DNA of 64,000 nt from assembly GCA_951406725.2 (NCBI GenBank), contig OX597842.1, positions 34,100,001-34,164,000 of the forward strand, written 5' to 3'. Source of the DNA: Octopus vulgaris (lineage: Eukaryota). How positions within the stretch are numbered: position 1 is the first letter of the stretch; each line of letters opens with the position of its first letter. A program made the translations under genes and the position numbers. Under the pieces are notes generated by a model, which was not told the origin of the DNA, searched no databases, and saw only the letters and a program-made list of their open reading frames with translations. This document shows positions 59,123-64,000 of this stretch, piece by piece.

Positions 59123-59457
59123 TGTGGTTAGAGCGTCGAGTGGTTAGAGCGTCGAGCTTACGATCGTGAGGTTGTGAGCTCGAATCCCGGACCGGGCTGC
59201 CTGTTGTGTTCTTGAGCAAGGCACTTTATTTCACGTTGCTTCAGTTCACTCAGCTGTAGAAATGAGTTGCGACGTCACTGGTGGCAAGCTGTATCGACCT
59301 TTGTCTTTCCCTTGGATAACACTGGTGGTGTGGAGAGGGGAGGCTGGTATGCATGGGCGACTGCTGGTCTTCCATAAACAACCTTGCCCGGACTTGTGTC
59401 TAGGAGAGTAACTTTCTAGGTGCAATCCCATGGTCATTCATGACCGAAGGGGGTCTT

Positions 59458-59462
<5 letters not shown>
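59123..59462 (+). mobile_element. SINE family C
   Basis: Matches the reverse complement of 53393-53712; gtggttagagcgtcgag is duplicated at the 5' end. Confidence 0.9.
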
Positions 59463-59553
<91 letters not shown>

Positions 59554-59812
59554 GCATATATATTTCGATAGTTGAATGAATTATCCTGTTTAACGTCAAC
59601 ATGGAAAATTCGATGAACCGATACCAGGGTAGCAAATTCACGTCAGAAACACGGTTAAAGCGACCTGTCCAAAGGTAGAAACTCCGGGTTCATGAGCAGG
59701 GTTCATGAGTGGTTCTACTAACGGTTTTTTTTAAACACTTATTAACGTTTTGTTTATCATGTAGGCAGTCAAAGTAATTATTATTTCGTCTTGTTGTTGA
59801 GAGAGGCTTCCT

Positions 59813-59904
59813 TTCTTTCCTGATGAGAAGATTGCATCTTACACCGTTTATTCTTTTGGAATAAAACCATGTTGTCTTCGAAACATATGTCGCCAGTAAA
59901 AGAA
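59813..59904 (+). ncRNA. Type-I hammerhead ribozyme candidate with a canonical core and long stem II
   Basis: CUGAUGA (59820-26), GAAGA...UCUUC, GAAA (59880-83), CAUAUG, UC; predicted cleavage after 59891; stem I imperfect. Confidence 0.65.
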
Positions 59905-59943
59905 TTTTGTTAACATCTTCGTTCAACTCCATTTATTTATTTA

Positions 59944-60012
<69 letters not shown>

Positions 60013-60073
60013 TGAGTACCGTCAGCGATTTTTTTCCTCTGTCTTCCCTTCTCGGGATCTTTCCTTCTCCTAT

Positions 60074-60108
60074 GTTTCCGACGAAGAGCTCCGCTCGAAA
60101 GGTTAAAC
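60074..60108 (+). ncRNA. Minimal hammerhead-like fold in element 60011-60192
   Basis: GUUU CCGACGA A GAGC UCC GCUC GAAA G GUU AAAC; one substitution relative to the 37830 copy. Confidence 0.5.
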
Positions 60109-60312
60109 CCTCCTTCTTCCCTTCTTTCCTGAGCGTATTTGTTCCACGTCCTCGCGTTGCTGTGTTTTTTTGTGTTTTCTTGTTTGGATTAACTATATAT
60201 ATATATATATGTATATGTAGTATGCATATAAGCATATAAATGTACGTATATATATATAGATAGATGAATATATGTATGAATACATGTGTGTGTATATGTG
60301 TGCGTGAGAGGA

Positions 60313-60343
<31 letters not shown>

Positions 60344-60412
60344 AAGACACAGAAAAAGAAATGGAATGTGGGTGTTTACATTCATGTTTTTTGCGGATGG
60401 CACGAGGATGCA

Positions 60413-60451
<39 letters not shown>

Positions 60452-60596
60452 GAAAAGTGTTAAAAATATTTCAGCGTCATTTTCGTAAGAATTTTTTCCA
60501 AAACAAACTTCCCAAATTTTGCCTGTTGGAGAATCTGTGAGGAATTATTGTCACTTCGATAGCTGGGTCTTTAGGTCTTTGACGCTGAACAGTTGC

Positions 60597-60600
<4 letters not shown>

Positions 60601-60677
<77 letters not shown>

Positions 60678-60855
60678 TGTGTTTGAGTGTGCGTTTGTGT
60701 GTGAGTGTTTGTGTGCGTGTGTTTATGTGTGTGTGCATGTGTTAATATGTGTTGTGTTTGTGTATGTGCGTTTGTGTGTGTGTGTGCGTGCTTGTGTCTG
60801 TGTATGTGTGAATTTGTGTGTGTGTATTTATGTATGTTTGTCTTAGTGTGTGTTG

Positions 60856-60890
<35 letters not shown>

Positions 60891-61750
60891 TGTTTGTGTG
60901 CGTGTGTTTATGTGTGTGCATGTGTTAATATGTGTTGTGTTTGTGTATGTGCGTTTGTGTGTGTGTGTGCGTGCTTGTGTCTGTGTATGTGTGAATTTGT
61001 GTGTGTGTATTTATGTATGTTTGTCTTAGTGTGTGTTGTTGTGTGTGTGTGTGTGTGTGTATTTGTGTGTGTGTATTTGTGCGTATGTGCGTGTGTGTGA
61101 ATTTGTGTGTGTGCATTTGTGTATGTTTGTATGTATGCTTGTGTCTTAGTGTGTGTTGTTGTGTGTGTGTTTTTGTATTTGTGTGTATGTGAGTGTGTGT
61201 GAATTTATGTGTGTGTACTTTTTGTATGTTATTCTGTGTGCGTGTGTGTTTGTGTGTTTTCTTGTGTGTGTATTTGTGTATTTATGTGTGTGTGTGTGTG
61301 TGTATGTGTGTATTTGTGTGTGTGTGTGTGCGTGCTTGTGTCTGTGTGTGTGTGAATTTGTATGTGTGCATTTGTGTATGTTTGTATGTATGCTTGTGTC
61401 TTAGTGTGTGTTTTTGTATTTCTGTGTGTGTGTTTGTGTGTGTGTAATTGTGTGTATGTGCGTGTGAATTTGTGTGTGTGTATTTTTTGTATGTTATTCT
61501 ATGTGTGCGTGTGTGTTTGAGTGTTTTCTTGTGTGTGTATTTGTGTATTTATGTGTGTCTGTATTTGTGTGTATGCGTGTATATGTGTATTTGTATGTGT
61601 GTGTGTGTGTATTTGTATGTATTTGCACGTGTGCATGCGTGTTTGTATACGGTCTTGTGTGTGCATTTGTGTATCTGTGGGTGTGGGTGTTTGTGTGTGT
61701 GTATTTGTCTGTGTGTGCGTGCGTGTGGCGTGTGTCTGTGTGTATTTATG
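60601..61750. repeat. Degenerate (GT)n tract with an internal duplication of about 185 bp
   Basis: gcatgtgttaatatgtgttgtgtttg and tttgtcttagtgtg recur. Confidence 0.9.
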
Positions 61751-62089
61751 TGTAGAAATCTGCATATAGATAGATACGCACCTTGTGCATGTAATATATA
61801 TACGTCTATGTATGTATACATAAATACATACATATATACATACATACATACATACATACAATTCATACATACATACATACACATATTTACATACATATAT
61901 ACATACAAAGCAGGTATTTATCCTCTACGTATGTATATAATTATCGTGGTGTATCTTGTATGTTTCATATATACGCACATGTATGTATGAATATACAAAG
62001 GCATATATAGCACGGATTTTTGGTTATATATTTCTATAACTATCACTCAACACACACACACACGCATATGAATATATATATAGATAGAT

Positions 62090-62129
<40 letters not shown>

Positions 62130-62131
62130 AT

Positions 62132-62182
<51 letters not shown>

Positions 62183-62356
62183 TATGGAGGCAGATATATA
62201 TGAATAATGTATATATATATATATATATGCACATGTAAGTTATGTACATGTAATAAATATATGTAAATATGTATATAATATATATATATATATAAATGTG
62301 TGTATATGTATATATATATGTATATACATATATATATGTATATATACATATATGTA

Positions 62357-62447
<91 letters not shown>

Positions 62448-62459
62448 TATATATATATA

Positions 62460-62974
62460 CTAGCAGTATCGCCCGGCGTTGCTCGGTTTTGTAAGGGAAA
62501 TAACTATATAAGCATTTTTAGAGAGTTACTTCCCTTATAGATGCCAATTCGGGCTTTCTTAGCCATTTCTGTTTTGGTGTCTTCAAGCCATGTAGTCGTT
62601 GTTCTAAAAGAACGCTGGTCTCCTTGACAACGCATTACGACGTTGGTTTCCTTACACTCCCTTCCCCACAGCTTCACGAGGGAGGGAAGAAGGGGGAGAA
62701 GCAAACAGGTGCAGGTGTTTGAGCGTGGACGCCAACTCCGCCGCCATCGACACACGAAAAATTATGCATTAAAATGGAATAAAAAATGATGTTAAATTAT
62801 TTTTAAAATCGTAGACTCATCGTAGACGCGAGCTAATACTCAGACGGGCTCGATATGAATCACGACTATAAGATACCCGAATTTGGTTAAACTGCACCGC
62901 AAAATGTGGGAGTAGTTAGGAATCTAAATCGTAGGAGACAGACACTCACACAACTACAGTTTTATATATATAGA
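62460..62974 (-). mobile_element. Non-autonomous Helitron, 515 bp, both termini intact
   Basis: Minus strand A|TCTATATATATAAAACTG...ccgagcaacgccggg hairpin...CTAG|T: 5'-TC, 3'-CTAG, subterminal hairpin and A|T target. Confidence 0.85.
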
Positions 62975-63054
62975 TATATATATATAATATATATATCCCT
63001 ATGTATCAAATACGCATGTAACTTATATGTATGTTGTGTATTATATATATATAG

Positions 63055-63270
63055 TGCTCGTAGCTTAGATTTTCTTGGGGCCGGCCAGATTGGAGTAGTC
63101 TTGTGTGTAACCGGCCGAAACTGCAACAACGATATGGATCTCATCTGAAGATAGACAGCTCCGAATGTCCCGTCCTTATTTTTTCCTGTCCTTTTTTATA
63201 TCGTCTAACTGTTTCGATGTTCTGTTGTCGTCTGTTACGTTCTTGTTCAATTTTTTGTTTTTTGTTTTAT
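63055..63270 (+). mobile_element. Short (TA)n-associated element (same family as 33420-33638)
   Basis: Shared blocks with 33420-33638. Confidence 0.6.
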
Positions 63271-63301
63271 ATATGTATTTCACTTATTTCTTTACCGCAT
63301 T

Positions 63302-63355
63302 TATCACTGATGAAGGGAAGGTTCTTATGAGCTAACTCTGAAATCGGGTTCGATA
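63302..63355 (+). ncRNA. Degenerate hammerhead-like fold
   Basis: uauca CUGAUGA aggg..gguuc uuau gagcu..cucu GAAA ucgg gu u cgaua. Confidence 0.35.
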
Positions 63356-63441
63356 TGGTAATAACGGAATTTTTGGGAAATTTCTGCCGGCTTTCTTCGA
63401 AACGCGTGCTTGTAGAGACGAATTATAATGGTTATTGACGT

Positions 63442-63515
<74 letters not shown>

Positions 63516-64000
63516 TTAAGGGTAGAATTTGATATTAGTCAATTAAAACCAGTGGACTAGCATATTAAAAAGAATCCGTGCTGAATTTTATTTTAGTTGA
63601 GAACATAATCTTTGTGGAGAATGGCGATTTGACGACTATATCTAGCATGTTGACTGTCCACTTTTCGTGTTCAGTCCTTAATTGGTATATATATACATAT
63701 ACATATATACATATATACATACATATATACATACATATATACATATACATACATATACATATATATATATATATATACATACATATGTGTGTGTGTTTAT
63801 TTTATATGTTGAAATATAGGCACAAGGCCCGTAATATTGAATTAGAGGCGAGTAGAATACATTGTTCCCCCAAAAGTACAACTGGTGCTAAGGCTACGTT
63901 CAAAAGAAGATAGGGAGAGAGAGAGAAAGAAAGACAGATAGAAAAACGGATAGAGACAGACACAGAGGTAGATAGAATAATAGATAGATAGATAGATAGA

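Noticed and set aside
59690-59932. 80-aa non-repetitive minus-strand ORF
   Set aside because: No recognisable motif; the region is better explained as the antisense of the hammerhead-bearing element

Overview
This is repeat-dense eukaryotic DNA with no host protein-coding exon that I can support. The SINE families and the extreme microsatellite load suggest a coleoid cephalopod such as Octopus (inference). Almost every ORF in the track is an artefact of (TA)n, (GT)n, (GATA)n, (CAT)n or (AAT)n repeats. The real coding remnants are all from transposons: a Tx1/L1-clade zf-RVT end, CR1, RTE and R4/Dong-like LINE 3' ends, a DD37D Tc1/mariner, and a decayed Penelope-type GIY-YIG. There are about 20 tRNA-derived SINE copies in 3-4 families and an intact non-autonomous Helitron. 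Two satellites (121 bp and about 149 bp) each occur as a pair of oppositely oriented arrays around a spacer of about 6 kb. Main observations: (1) many short elements inserted in (TA)n carry hammerhead-ribozyme folds, often as inverted pairs, which looks like a Penelope/retrozyme-type system; (2) a Tx1-like LINE is found three times inside (GATA)n and shares its 3' stem-loop tail with one SINE family; (3) half of the 121-bp satellite monomer derives from that same SINE; (4) perfect palindromes are built from SINE tails; (5) CpG-rich unique islands carry YY1, ETS, CRE and GC-box motifs. All alignments and folds were done by eye.
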